Part shown: positions 16,249 to 32,291 of the stretch, piece by piece
Layout: every line of letters begins with the position of its first letter
Numbering within the stretch: the first letter of the stretch is position 1
Assembly: GCA_033442325.1 (NCBI GenBank)
Contig: JAWQFM010000016.1
Location: 796,423 to 860,422, forward strand
Length of the DNA stretch: 64,000 bases
Source of the DNA: Salpingoeca rosetta
Taxonomy: Eukaryota; Protista; Choanoflagellata
Direction of reading: 5' to 3'
The notes under the pieces: model-generated
What the model saw: the letters and a program-made list of their open reading frames with translations, nothing else
Databases searched by the model: none
Told to the model about the DNA's origin: nothing
Program-made: the position numbers and the translations under genes

Positions 16249-16911
16249 CGTAAATGTCTTCGGGGGAAATGTCCTCCACGCCGAATTCCTTGCGCCAGTG
16301 CGCGGTGTCGCGCAACAGCTTCTCTGCGGGCTTGAGTTTCCAATCGCGCGCACGCAAGTACCGGCACAAGCATTCGTTTGAGAGCAGCGGGTGTAGGTGC
16401 TCATTTCCTTCTGCAGGGTGCAGGGAAAGCATGTGGTTACGTTAGGGTCGAGGCAAAGTGGCGGCGACTCCCATTTCGTACACGCACAGCGAGCAGGCGC
16501 ACGCGGAGCATACCCTGTGACGCTGCGGCGAACAGGTCTTGTAGTCTGTCCTTGAACTCCTTCAGGGTTTGCTGCTGTTGATCTGACAGCTCATATCGAG
16601 GCTGTCGTTGTCAAACGGGAAAATGATTTGCGTGAGAAGGGTCGATGAGCGGGAGAAGGAGGAGGAGGGGAATGGGAGAGAAAAGAGGGGAGGCGGAAGG
16701 ACGAGCTCGAACGCCACTGACTCAGACCACACTGATCTGCCGCCCTGACTCAGGCACAGGCACAGTCCATGATGATCTGCCACACTGATCTGCCACACTG
16801 TGATCTGCCGCACTCACCAAGCTCACACACAGACACACACAGACACAGACACACAGACACACAGACACAGACACACAGACACACACAGACACACACACAG
16901 ACACACACACA

Positions 16912-16962
<51 letters not shown>

Positions 16963-17038
16963 ACACACACACACACACCTTGAATGGTAGGGAGCGGTCC
17001 GCCAGTGCGGGTGGCGTGACAAGCGGCTCGGCAGACAT
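13846..17038 (-). CDS. Sec14/CRAL-TRIO lipid-transfer protein (PDR16/SFH-like) with acidic tail; spans the assembly gap
   Basis: Exons [89 protein letters not shown]. Confidence 0.9.
14379..14747. other. Assembly gap (N run) next to a (GT)n tract
   Basis: Run of N bases. Confidence 1.
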
Positions 17039-17202
17039 CGTGCGTGTCGTCCTTCCCGTGCCAGCACTGCGGAAACCTATTGCAAATCATTTACAAATCT
17101 TCCCGACTTGAGTCGCCTTGTTTGGGTTGTGAAGCGCACCAACACAGGAACACTGCGGCAGACAGACTCACACGACGACTCAATACACATACACAGTCAA
17201 CC

Positions 17203-19320
17203 ATGGGTGGAAGCGGGCGCAGCGAAGGAAAGGAGGGAGATGGAGGTGAGGAGGAGCAAGGCACACAAAAGCAAACGAACAGCAAGGAGGAGCAGGAGGA
17301 GAAAAGAGCTTTCACAACGCGTGCTCGGGACCATGGCAGTAACGAGGATGAAGCTGATGACGATGCTGTTGACGATGAAGATGACGACGACGAGGTGGAC
17401 CTGGACTTTAGCGACCTTGACATCACTTCCGTTGACTTTGACTTTGACGACATGGAAGGTGCTACTGCTGCTGATCAACTCTTTGATGTTTGGCTTCTTT
17501 ATCTGGTGTGGTGACTGCTGCTGCTCCATGCAAGCGCGCCTTGCTTGCACTGACACTTTGTGTGTGTGTGTGTGCGTGTGTGCGTGTGTGTGCGTGTGTG
17601 TGCGTGTGTGTGCGTGTGTGTGCGTGTGTGTGTGCGTGTGTGTGTGCGTGTGCGTGTGCGTGTGTGTGTGCGTGTGTGTGCGTGTGTGTAGAACACATGG
17701 GACAAAACATGGAAAATGAGGTCGTGAAGCAGGCTCTCGAACAGGTGCGAAATGAAGTGCATTGCCTGATGTCAAACCCATCCCACACGCACCAAGGTCT
17801 GTGCTACATGCACTGTGTACGCCAGTAACCCTGTCGTCTCGCTCTCGTCTGGTCTGCTTCCGCTCTGTGTTGAAAGGGAATCGACTTGCGAGTGTATGCG
17901 CGACAAGTGGAGAAAGACCTCGAGCTGCTGGAACGCGAGAGCATCCAAGACTACATGAAGGAAGCCAAGCGCATGGCTCAACTGCACCAGTACGCGTGTG
18001 TATGCTTGTGTGTGTATGTGTGTGCGTGTGCATGAGACCAAACATGAGTATGCACGTACGTATGTGCATGTACGTGCATTCAATGCGCCAGCCAACCGGC
18101 TGCTCATATCTTACGCCTGGGGCTGCTGTTCGTGAATCCACCACCAAGACAAGTGCGGGTGTGTGACGGAATTCTTCAAAACATGGAGCGTATGCTCAGG
18201 TGATCCATGCATGCGCTCAGTGTATGTGTGTGTGTGCGCGCGTGTGTGTGGTGTATGTGCGTGTATGTATGTGCATGCGTGTATGTATGTGCATGCGTAT
18301 GTGTGTGTGTGTGTGCGTGTATGTGTGTGCGTATGTGTGTAATGTTTTGAGATGTACGACGTTTGAGCTGGTGACCGTCCACATTGTCACCGTGACCCGC
18401 TTTGGCGTCATGATGCCCGCGCACGTCCTGACCCCTGGTTGCATCCCTGCTGTTCTTCTCCACAGCACGTTTCAATCCGACCTCGGCAACATCGGTGGCG
18501 AAATCCAGTCTCTCCAAGAAGAGGTCAGTTGTGCGAGTGAGTGTACGCGTGATCGCATGCTTGGATACAATGCGTGTGAGTGCGGTGCATGTGCTTGTGT
18601 ACGGCATACGTAAAAGTGTGTGTATTATCGGCACGAGCAATAATACATGAGCAACACACTTGCATTTTTTGCCTTCTGTGATGGTGATGCTCGCCTCACG
18701 CTGTCCTGTTGTGCTCTCCTCTCGTCCGCTATCACAACAACCCCCCTTGACCCAACAGTCCTTGGGCATGAGCGTGAAGCTCAAGAACAGGCGTACAATC
18801 CAGGACCGCCTCTCTGATTTCGTCTCGGTCAGTCTCCCTCTCCGGCGTCACAACACACACGAACAGACAGACACAGACACAGACACAGAGAGATATAAAC
18901 ACACTCTGGTCTCTGTCTCTGTCTCTGTCTCTGTCTCTGTCTCTGTCTCTGTCTCTGTCTCTGTCTCTGTCTCTGTCTCTGCAAGGCACACATTGTGTTG
19001 CGGTTTCCCTTCTGCTGCTCATGGCCACATGCTCGTGCGCGTGCACACAGAACATGGCGCTGTCGGCGGAATTGGTCGACAGCATCTGCTCTCCAGACCC
19101 AACCATCACGCCGCAGTTTGAGGTGCGCACACCCCCGTGCAGGGAGGCAAGGCGAGTGGGGGTGGGAGAGGAAGAGAGGAAAAGAGAGAGAGAGTGTGTG
19201 TGTGTTTGTTTGTTTGTGTGAGCTGGCAAGTGTGTGGTTGAGAGAGAACACGCGACAGGACTAAGTGTAAGGTGAACTGCTCTCAGAACTCAATCTCCAC
19301 TCTGATTCATACTCATTCAA

Positions 19321-19399
<79 letters not shown>

Positions 19400-19711
19400 C
19401 TGCTGTGGGCGATTTGCACCGCAAGTTGGCGTTTGTGTCCTCACAGCCCGAAACAACCGTTGCCGTTGCGGACGTGCACGCAGATTTGACAAAACTCAAG
19501 AGCAACGTACGTGCATTGCTTTGAGAGAGTTAGGGGAGGGAGCTGTTGATGGTGCTGCTCACCACTCGTGCGGTGTGTAAGGTGTGTGTGTGATTTGTGG
19601 CTGTCCACATACACGAGGGCTTTGTTGCAGCGAAAGTGATGCACCACTCGTTGCATCTTAGTTGCGGCGCACAGACACAGACACACATGTACACACAGCG
19701 CCACAGACACA

Positions 19712-19763
<52 letters not shown>

Positions 19764-20057
19764 CCGTTCTTGCTCACACTTCTCCTTCTTGCGTGCATTG
19801 TATCGACGACGACGACCACCACCACCAATCAGGCCGTAGCTAAGATCAAGGATGTGTTTCTTGGCAAGATCCACTCTGTGCGCAAACCCATGTCGAATCT
19901 GCAGAATGTTCAGCAGGCGCTTCTCAAGCACTCGGACTGCTTCGACTTCCTTGTCAAGCACAGCAGACTGGTGCGGTGCACGCGCTGGTGGCATAATGGG
20001 AGGTGGCAGCGGGCAGGGGGTAGTGGTAGGGGCTCTGAATCCTGATGGCAACAAACC

Positions 20058-20123
<66 letters not shown>

Positions 20124-20538
20124 ACACACATACACTCATACACGCACTCACATGCAAATGCATACACGTGGACAGACGGCCGCTGCTGTCAAGGATGAGT
20201 ATGTGGACACCGTGAGCAAGATCCACTTCTCCTACGTGAAGACATACATTTCGCGTCTCATGAAACTGCAGGTGAGGTTGAATGCACACACGCATTGCTG
20301 CTTCCTCCACGTCACCTGGTGCAAGCATTATTGGTCATTCCGTGCCAATTGCATGTTTTTCATCCACGTCATACGCGCCTGTTCCCCTTCCTCTCACTTG
20401 GTTCATCCATCGCCACCGCAAGTTTGATCAAGTGCCGGACAAGGAGGACGTCCTGGCGGCTGATGACAGCGCAGGAAAGCGGGGAGGTATGCACGAATAC
20501 ATGTGTTTGCAAGGTCACATTGGTGCACACATGTCAAA

Positions 20539-20569
<31 letters not shown>

Positions 20570-22228
20570 CACACTAACGCTTGCATCAAGTATGCAAGCG
20601 CACTCATGTCCACATTGATTCACACATCCGTCTGTGCAAGGGAACATGCATCTGTGTTCGTGCACAGCACTTCCTCCGCCATGACCGCCTTCGTCTCTCA
20701 CACCACGTCCCTTCCGCCTCCCCACCCACCAAAAAAAAAAAAAAAAAAAAAACATTCAACTGCCAGGCGGGCTCTTCTCGTCGCGGCCTGTGCTGAAGAA
20801 CCGTTCAACAACATTTACACTTGGCAACAGAGGCGCAGTCTTACAGGTGAGAAAAAGGGGGGGGGGTTATCTTGATGTTTCATTGTGTACAACTATTTTG
20901 CTGTACGCATTTGCACAGCTCGATTACACGCACAACAACGCCTCCACCACCACAACCGTGACCCGTTCCCACCACCCCTTGCCGCCGCCACCGCCTCACA
21001 ACGTCATCACTGCCTCTTCAATCCGGTCCACTGCGGCAGTCGTTGGATGCGCCCATTCTCGTCCCGCACGCGCAGGATGCAAAGGCGCTCAAGGACACCA
21101 AGTTCACATACGAGCAGCTCTTTCGCAGCTTCCAGGTGCGACATCCATCTTATTTTTGCTGCTGGTGATGATGGGGGATGTGGCGTGTGAACTTGTGGCG
21201 TGTGAGCTTGCTGCGAGGGGTTTACTGTGTGTTTGTCTGTCGATATGCTTTGTTGCGTGTGCTTTGTGCGCACGAGAAGTGTGTGGTTCACACGTGATTC
21301 TTTGTGTATTGCGCGAGCAGAAAGCGCTGATTGATACGGGTGTGCGCGAATACCTCTTCAGCATGGAGTTTTTTGGTCTCAAGGAAGCAAAAGGTGACAA
21401 TGTGCAAACACACACATACACATACACCGTGTGTACACGCTCCATGTCTGTTGTCACGAGCTTCCCATGCACTCCAACAATACCTCACACTGTATGTGTG
21501 CTTGTGTGTGACGCAGCTGCTGATGCATTTTCGGCGATTATGGGCAAGGCCATTGGCTGTGTGCTCAAGCACGTGGAGTGCTACCTCTCCTCCTGCTACG
21601 ACGGCATCTGCGTCATGCTCTGCATCCGCATCAACGCCCACTTCAGGGTGCGTATGTGTGTATGTGTGTGCATGTCCGCAGCCGTGCGCATGCCTGCAAA
21701 CATGCGTGCAAACATGCGTGCGTTTACGTATATTTGCGTGTGTCGGAATTTTCACTTTGCAGCACCCAGTCACATTGATAGCTGTGAATTTACATTCTCC
21801 GCGTGTATGTGCGTGTGTGAACATCAGGCGAAGATGCACGAGCAGTCCATCACGTGCATCGACAGCTATCTTGCCGCTGTTGACGACCTCCTTCTCAAGT
21901 GCCTTCACTCCATCATTGCCCTCAACACAGAGAGGTGCGGCCTGCACACACACACACACACACTCTCTCTCTCTCTACCATGAGCCATGCAGATTTCTTC
22001 TCATGCACACACGTCAACCACTCACGTATTGGCTGGATGCTGTCAACTGCGTTATCACAATGTGCGTGCGTGCGTGTGTGCGTGCGTGCGTGTGCGTGTG
22101 CGTGCGTGTGTGTGTGTCTGTTCAGCGTGCGCCACGTCGATCCAGAGAAATTTGCAAACGTCGACACGCGCCCGCACTTCATCGTCAGGCGATACGCCGA
22201 GTACAGCGGTACGAACCAACACGCACAC

Positions 22229-22288
<60 letters not shown>

Positions 22289-22890
22289 CGACCTAGACTG
22301 ACACTCGTTGCGTACTGTGTTTCGCCCGTTCGCATTGGCATTGCTGCCTTCGCCCACAACTACTCACGAATCATTACCACCACTAACGTCACCACCAACA
22401 ACAATGCCGCCTGCCTCGCCTCGCACATGCAATCAGGCGCCATTCTCGGCCTGAACGAGGACTGCAAGATCGAATCCATTGATAATGACATGCAGCAGCT
22501 CAGCACCGAAGGTGTGCCAGGACGAGCCGGGGCTGATGTTGCACTGGAAATGAGCACTTGTAACTGGCTGCTTCTGGGTTGTACACACTGCACACGCACA
22601 CGCACACACACCCTCACTCACTCACACTCACTCACTCACTCACACACACACACGCACACACACGCACACACACGCACACACACGCACACACACGCACACA
22701 CTCTCTCTCACACACACACTCTCACTCATTCACACACACACTCTCCCTCCTAATCCCTTTGCAGTTGAGGGCTTCATCCTGCGATTGGCGGCGGAGTTTC
22801 CAGACCGCCGGGAACAGCTCATCTTCCTCATCAACAACTACGACCTCCTCGTCTCTGGTGCGTCCACCGCTGCAGGCGGCATGCCCCCCC

Positions 22891-22933
<43 letters not shown>

Positions 22934-23249
22934 GCGCCGCCATGGCAGATGGGGTTGCGTGAGTGAGTGAGTGAGTGTGTGTGTGTGTGTGTGTGTGAGT
23001 GAGTGACCTGTCGCTGGTGACTGGCGCTGGTGCACATCTTGTTCTGTTAACCGATACCGCCGAACGCGTTCGTGGCGTGCCATCGCCGCCTGTCTGTCGT
23101 TGGCCACTGCAGTGCTGGCGAGGAGAACCAGCGGAGAGTCGACGGAAGCGCACGCAGCCCACGATCACCTCAAGGTGCCACCAGCACATGCAATTGGTTT
23201 TTGCGTCAGGTGTCGCTCCATCAACCTCCCCTTCCCCCCGTCTTCCGCT

Positions 23250-23325
<76 letters not shown>

Positions 23326-23536
23326 GCACACACACACACACACCACATCACACCACATCACATCACATCACATCACATCACATCACATCACATGGCTGCA
23401 GGCGCGGATACACGAGTTTGCGCTGATTGTGCTGGCGCCCAAGTTTGGCGGGATCATCAACTTTGTCAAGAAGGTGGAGCAAGCGTTTGCAAAGGACGAC
23501 TCAAAGTGCCCCGTCCCCGAAGGTAGCGAGCAGCGG

Positions 23537-23607
<71 letters not shown>

Positions 23608-23704
23608 GGAACGTCGGGGCGATCCATTGTTCCTTTTCTTGAGGATATGCGTGTTTGCCACTTTTCCTGGTCCACCACTTCGCCTTACTTACCTTCCTCT
23701 TGCA

Positions 23705-23770
<66 letters not shown>

Positions 23771-24528
23771 TCGGTACAGCAACCATCCAAAAGCTGATTC
23801 AATCGTTTGCGCAGACGTGGAAATCTGCCATTGACGACATTGATCGAGACGTCATGCTCTCGTTCACAAACTTCAAGGTGAAGACAGGACGGACACGTGA
23901 ACGCATGAACTCGTCCTTTCTCACACACATAAGCGCACATGCACGCACACATACATGCATGTACACTCATATTCACACCGTTGACTAACTTCCTCACCCA
24001 CACCGCGGTGCTCCTGTGTTTGTGCGTGTGTGTCAAACAGAACGGGCGGCTGATTCTACAGGAAGCGCTGACACAGCTCGTCGTCTATTACGAGAAATTC
24101 CTCGCCCTCCTCAAGAAGGTGACGTCGCACGTAGCAGCAGCAGCAGCAGCAGTGTTGTGGAGTGCAGGGGGTGGGGTGGTATCATGTGCATGCCGTGCAT
24201 GAAGGGTTGTTGGCCCGTCTCCCGAGTTGTGGATGTCCATGTTGTTGTCATCACTGCGCACGCACACACAAACAAATCATACGCGCTCACACACACACAC
24301 ACACAGCGTACGCACACACACACGTATCACACACACACGTATCACACACACACACAAATCATACGCACTCACACACACACACACACACACACATCACACA
24401 CACACACACATCTCACGCACACGCACAACACAACACAGCCTGCGCTGCGGCGTGCTGGCGGATGGCCGGACCTGGTTGATCGACACCACCTCCTCGTCGA
24501 AGTGAAGAAGCACAAGGCCACATTCTAG
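17203..24528 (+). CDS. VPS52: GARP/EARP complex subunit VPS52; multi-exon
   Basis: GIDLRVYARQVEKDLELLERESIQDYMKE, TFQSDLGNIGGEIQSLQ, MSVKLKNRR, DTRPHFIVRRYAEYS, IFLINNYDL, ILQEALTQLVVYY, HHLLVEVKKHKATF*. Confidence 0.95.
18909..18981. repeat. (GTCTCT)n hexamer microsatellite in a VPS52 intron
   Basis: Direct reading of the sequence. Confidence 0.9.
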
Positions 24529-24626
24529 CCAGTAGTGAAGAGCCCACCACAACACTTAACACGACACCAGCTGTGAGCATATTCTGTCATGTTACTCTCC
24601 TCGATCCCATCTCCCCGGTGTCGCAG

Positions 24627-24680
<54 letters not shown>

Positions 24681-24936
24681 CTCTCTCTCTCTCTCTCTCT
24701 CGCTTACTGTCTTTGTTCGTCTATTCGTTGACTTTCGTTCATTTGTTTCGTCCACACCACACCCCCCATATCTCCGAATTGTGTACAAAGAGAACAGCCA
24801 GCAATGAGCACGCGTATCATGCTGTTGAGAGTTGTGGACAAGCAAAAGCCACCGAATGCAGCAGTAAACAAGTTGCATCACCGCGATGAACGAAACCCAT
24901 CCATCGTGCACGTGACATCCACATCCGGCGTGATGT

Positions 24937-25020
24937 TTACAGGGACATGACGGAGAACTTTGCATAATAGCCATGAGACGTTGCAGCCTGCACCCATTCC
25001 GGCACGCGCGCCCGCTGGCG

Positions 25021-25076
<56 letters not shown>

Positions 25077-26311
25077 GTTGGGCGGACGCTGCAGCAGAGG
25101 AGAGTTGACGGTGTGGTGGTGGTGGTGAGGACGACACAGGAGCGTGATGGCGGTGTGGTTCGGGCTGTTGTGCATTGCTCCCATCACCGCTCTGGGCGAC
25201 AGACAGCGATTCCTTGTTGGCGCCACGCCCCCTGTCCTTGCTGTGTGCACTGTTGTCAGTGTTGAGGGCAGAGGGCGGCGCTTGCTCCTCAACCGGCGGC
25301 TGCGTATCGACAATGTCGTACAGTGCAAGCTGCTCGCGCATGTGTGCGTTTGCCTCTCTGAGCTGCTGGATAAAGGCGTCCTTTGAGGCGAGCGTGTTGA
25401 GCATGGTTTGCTTCTGCCGCTGATACAGCGCAATGTACTCCCCAATCGTTTCCGTCTCCTTCGACAGCTGCCACAAGCACAAGCGAGGAATTGACGCGTG
25501 GAATGAGAGGCACAGAGAGAAGGCGGGGCAGCGCATGTGTGGGCGCGCGCGTATGTGTGTCGGAGGCACGAAGGGATCATTGCGCATTCTCACAACATAA
25601 GAGAACATGACTGCACACACATACAGATGGTCAGAGAAAAGAACAGCGAAGAAGAGAGAAGAAGAGAGAAGGAGAGAGAAGGAGAGAGAAGGAGAGAGAA
25701 GGAGAGAGAGAAGAAGAAGAGAGCGACACACAATAAAAAACGAACGAGCAACAAACACACAATCAAAAAAAAAAAAACACACACACACACACACCTTTGT
25801 AGTGATCTTCTGCTCATCCTCCAATTGCTTTACCACCGCCTGCCGCTGTTCATATGCGCGCCGCACGTGCTCCTCCAGCTCGTGCACTTTCGCGGACAGA
25901 CGCGCATTCTCCTGCTCCAACCGCGCCATCGTCACGGCCTCAAGGTCCTGGCCAGCACCAGCAGCACAGCACCAGCACACGTGTGAGTTGGTGTGGAAGT
26001 ACAACAGTTGACACCCAGTTGCAGAGTCTTACTCACACACGCACACACGCACACACGCACAGACACACACAGACACACACACGCGCACGCACATACACAC
26101 ACACACACGCACACAGACAGGAAGGCACCTCGAAGGAAGGGACGGTGCCGTCTGGTAACGGCGGGAGCGCCTTCATATCCACGTGCTGTCGCACACGCAG
26201 TGATGGCGAGTTGGGCAATGGTTTCAGCAGGCGTTGAAGCGTGCGAGGACATCGCGCATCCAGGCACGTTCATATACACACACACACACAGACTCACAGA
26301 CACACACATAC

Positions 26312-26352
<41 letters not shown>

Positions 26353-26966
26353 CTACCTTGTTTTTCTGGAGGAGGCGTTGTGAGAGCTGTTCGTTCTGCG
26401 CTTTGAGCTTTTCCACTTGATTGCGCAGCTCCGGGAGCTCATGCTGCAGCAGCAGCAGTAGCAGTAGAGGCAGCAGGTGGTGGTGAGAAACACAGCCGTG
26501 ACCAAGGCAACACGTGCAGGCACGCCTGAGTCAGCCAGAGCTTCAACGACAGGGCATGTGTGTTGACATTAACGCAAACGCACACACACACACATACACA
26601 CACACACACCTCGTGTGTGGTTTGCCTCCTGAGTTGGTTGAGTTCCCTGCTAAGGCTCTCGATGTACGCAGACTGCTGGCCGACCTGCTTCCGCAATTGC
26701 GCATTCTCCGTCGATACCTGACCAGCCCAGCAAAGCAAGCAGCGCAGGCAAACGGGTGAGGCACCACCACTCGATCCAGCTCGTGCGCACTGTGTAGCTG
26801 TATACTCTCATCACACACCCGCACACGCACACACATGCGGAGGCACAGCTGCTGTTAATGCGACCTTGGCATGTTTTTCCTGCAGTTGCTTGAATTGCTC
26901 CTCCAGCGTCTTGACGCGGGTTTGTTCTGGCGGATGTGGTGCACACACACGCACACATACACACAT

Positions 26967-27034
<68 letters not shown>

Positions 27035-27854
27035 CAAAACAAAAAAAACCAACAACAACAACGCATGGTAAGTACTGAGGTCGGTGCTGAGGGTGGGTAC
27101 ACCACAACGATTTCAGTGGCTGGGTGTATCGCATCACGAGCTCACCTCTCACAAGCCTGTCATGTTCCAAGTGGTAGTCTGAAGTCCGCGATTGCAGCTG
27201 TGAGGTCAGATCGGTGTGCTGTGATGCGTTGTTCTTATCACAGGGAAAGGAAGGAACAGGCAACCAGCGGATCGTGAGTGCGCTGAAGTACGCTGAAAGC
27301 AGACTGCAAGTGCAAACACGCGCAAAGTACAAACACACACAACGCAATATGCACACACACACACAACGCAATACGCACACACACACACACACACGCACGC
27401 ACACACACACGCACGCACGCACACACACACGCGCGCGAACACACACACGAGCGCGCACATACGCACACACACGCGCGCACATACGCAACACATGCAACTG
27501 ACCTGGAGCTGCTGCATCTGGGTTCGTAACCGAGCAATCTCCGCGTCCTGAACACCACCGAAGGCAAGCGCATGGGTAAAAGTGAGACGATACGCAATAA
27601 TACACTGTCCAACGACACCTCCTCCCTTACATGCGTTGAACACAAGGATGACTGGTCCAACAAAGGCATCGCAAACGGATGCGCACTTTTGTTGACAACT
27701 GCTCGCGCAAGTGGTCGTGGATGGCCTGTGAACTGCGATCGCCCTCTCCCAGCACAACAACGCCGGCACCGCCATTGCTGGAACTGCTGGCGTGACTGCT
27801 GTGCTGGCTGCTGCGGTACGAGGCACCCGAGTGTGCCTGCTGCGGGCTCGTCAT
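24937..27854 (-). CDS. GOLGA2: GM130/GOLGA2-like cis-Golgi golgin (coiled coil); multi-exon
   Basis: Coiled-coil exons plus the GM130 signature LSKETETIGEYIALYQRQK, and a hydrophobic C-terminus ...FSVMSL*. Confidence 0.75.
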
Positions 27855-28009
27855 CGCCGAGACAGGGGAGAGAGGGGGTGTGGAGCACTGGCTGGCTGGC
27901 GGCTTGATATCTGCAACGGTGGCAATGCAGTTTGTGCTGTCGCAATTATATTGATGACGCAACTGGCGAATTGCTCGAACCACCAACACAGCAACACACA
28001 CCGACCACC

Positions 28010-29630
<1,621 letters not shown>

Positions 29631-30240
29631 CACACGCGTGCAGTGCATACATGCACCTTTTCTTGCGGACTTTGGTTGTTTGTGCACGTGTGCTGCTTGT
29701 TTTTCGCTGCTTGTGCGCCACAGCTCATGTCATTGGCACAGTCGGTGGCAGCTGCTTATTGTTATCTGCTGGAACACATCCCCTTTTGCTTCCTTGATGG
29801 CCATGCGTCTTGCCTGGCTTCATATCACATCAGTTACACATCTCTATCGGCAATCGAGAACAGACGCACAACAGACGCACACAGGCCAAAGTGGAGAGAG
29901 AGACGGAGGGAGCAGGGAGAAGCCGGTGATTTCTCAAACATGAAATGAGCATACGCGTCAGAAGACACAGAAGACACAGAGGACACAGAAGCCTGCCTGC
30001 CTGCCTGCCTGTCAAGCAACCGTGTACAGCCTAGCAAGCACAAGGAAAAAACAGCCAGCCAGCCAGCAAGCAAGCGCGATCGCAAGCATGCAAGGTAGGT
30101 AGCTAGCTAGCGAGGGGTGGAGCACAAGCAAGCGCAGCAGTGCACGTGTTGCGTCACAATGGGATTCCTAGCCTGTCGTTGGTTAAAGCCATCGCAAGTG
30201 ATAATGGCTGCTCGCCGCCAGCCAGCACGCTGCAAGCACG

Positions 30241-31317
30241 TCATTGCGAAAACATGGTCACGGTGGTGGTGTCAGGTTGTGCCGCTGCTGGTGCTGCTGG
30301 CTGCAGTGATGCGTGTGGCCAAGCAGCGTGGCCAGCACTGCCCGGTGGCGAGAGCGGCGACGCCAACATCACGTCGTTACCACCCATCGCCAGACCAGGC
30401 AGTCCGCCCCCAGGGCTGGTGCTGGTGCTGGTGCTGGTGCTGCTCATGCCCCTCGGAGCCCGCCCAGCCGCCTTGTCCGTGGAGCCATGAAGGTAGTGAT
30501 GGTGGTGGGCATCGCTGCCACCGCCGCTGCTGCTCTTGCTGCTCTTGCCGCTGCTGCTGGGTCCCTGGCTGTCGCTGCTGTGCCCTGGTCGGGCGAGGGA
30601 GAGCAGGATGGCGGCAGCGAGCGTGCCGAGAACGACGAGTAGCGTCGCCTCAACAGACACGTGCACGTCCACCATCACCAGCAGCAGCTTTGCGCCAATG
30701 AACAGCAGGATGATGCCCAGGCCTGGCCCGAGGTACCTGAACTTGGTCATGGCGGCCGCCAGCGCAAAGTACAGCGCGCGCAGCCCGAGCACGGCGAAGA
30801 TGTTGGAGGTGTAGGCGACAAACGGGTCCTGCGTGATGGACAGCACCGCGGGGATGGAGTCTGCAGCAAACACCATATCCGTCGTCTCCACAATGACCAG
30901 CACGGCAAAGAGCGGCGTGGCTTTGAAGCCGCTCAGCCCGCACACGCGCACGCACACGCGGAAGGGCGCGCTGAGGCAGTTCTTGGCGGCGATCCAGTGG
31001 GCGCGGAAGCGGGAGGCGGCGCGGGTGGAGACAGGCAGCGTCATGCTCGCATCGTCCCCGCCATCCTGATCACGTGTTGAATGGGAGCGGGTGAGAAGCA
31101 GGGTGTGTGGATCGTTGGATGTAGTGCGAGAAAGAAACGGAACATACACAGCAGAACAGACCCGGGGGAGGCGGATGTGGTGCATACACAAACACATTTA
31201 AACAGACGAGCAGAGAGGGAAGCAGGCAGACACAGAGGAAAGTAGGCAGGCAGGCAGACACACGCGCACAACAGATGGAGAGGCGATTTTAGAGAGACAG
31301 ACAGACAGACAGACAGA

Positions 31318-31352
<35 letters not shown>

Positions 31353-31438
31353 ACAGACAGACAGACACACACACACACACAGACAGACACACACACACGC
31401 ACACACACACACACACGCACACACGCACACACACACAC

Positions 31439-31470
<32 letters not shown>

Positions 31471-32208
31471 GACACACACACACACACACTAAAAACCCCA
31501 CCTCGCGCACGAAGAAGCGGCCCTTTGGGTCGTAGCGGCGGGAGACGGGGATGACGGAGCCGACAATGCTGAGGGCGAGGTTGTTCTTCAGCGCAGCGGC
31601 TGGGAGGTGGTCACTGCTCCCGGCGTCAAAGCCAAACATCGACTCCTCTTCGTCTGCAGCCAGCGGAGGAGGTTTGAGGCGGTCGACAACGGCAGAACAT
31701 GAATGGCGGGTTCACGCATGCGATGACATGGTGAGTGTCAAGGGCACGCGCTCGTGCAAGCGCTGAGTGCAAAGTACACCAAGATATCAACAACGACCAA
31801 GCAACAGCTAACGACCAGCAAAACTCAGCAAAACAAGTCCAACCATCAACCACAACAAACGACCAGCGCCGTAAACCACAGTGAGGCACCTTGGCTGCAG
31901 GTCTCTGCTATTGCACGGACGCCCGTGTAGACGAGGAAGACGCCAAAGAGGGCTAACAGCCACGAAAACTTCTCCACAAGCAGCACCCCCGTGAAGATGA
32001 ACACCGCACGCAGCACAATGGCGCCCGCAATGCCCCACGACAGCACCTGCCAACGTTAACAAGAAGCGCATGAACAGTGGTTGGTTGGTTGGTGATTGAT
32101 CCATGTGGTGTACGGGGTGAATGAGGTGGGTGAAAGCATGACGTGAGCTTGATTGCGTCGGCGTGCAGAGAGACGGCGTTGCACACACACACGCACACAC
32201 GCACACAC

Positions 32209-32291
<83 letters not shown>

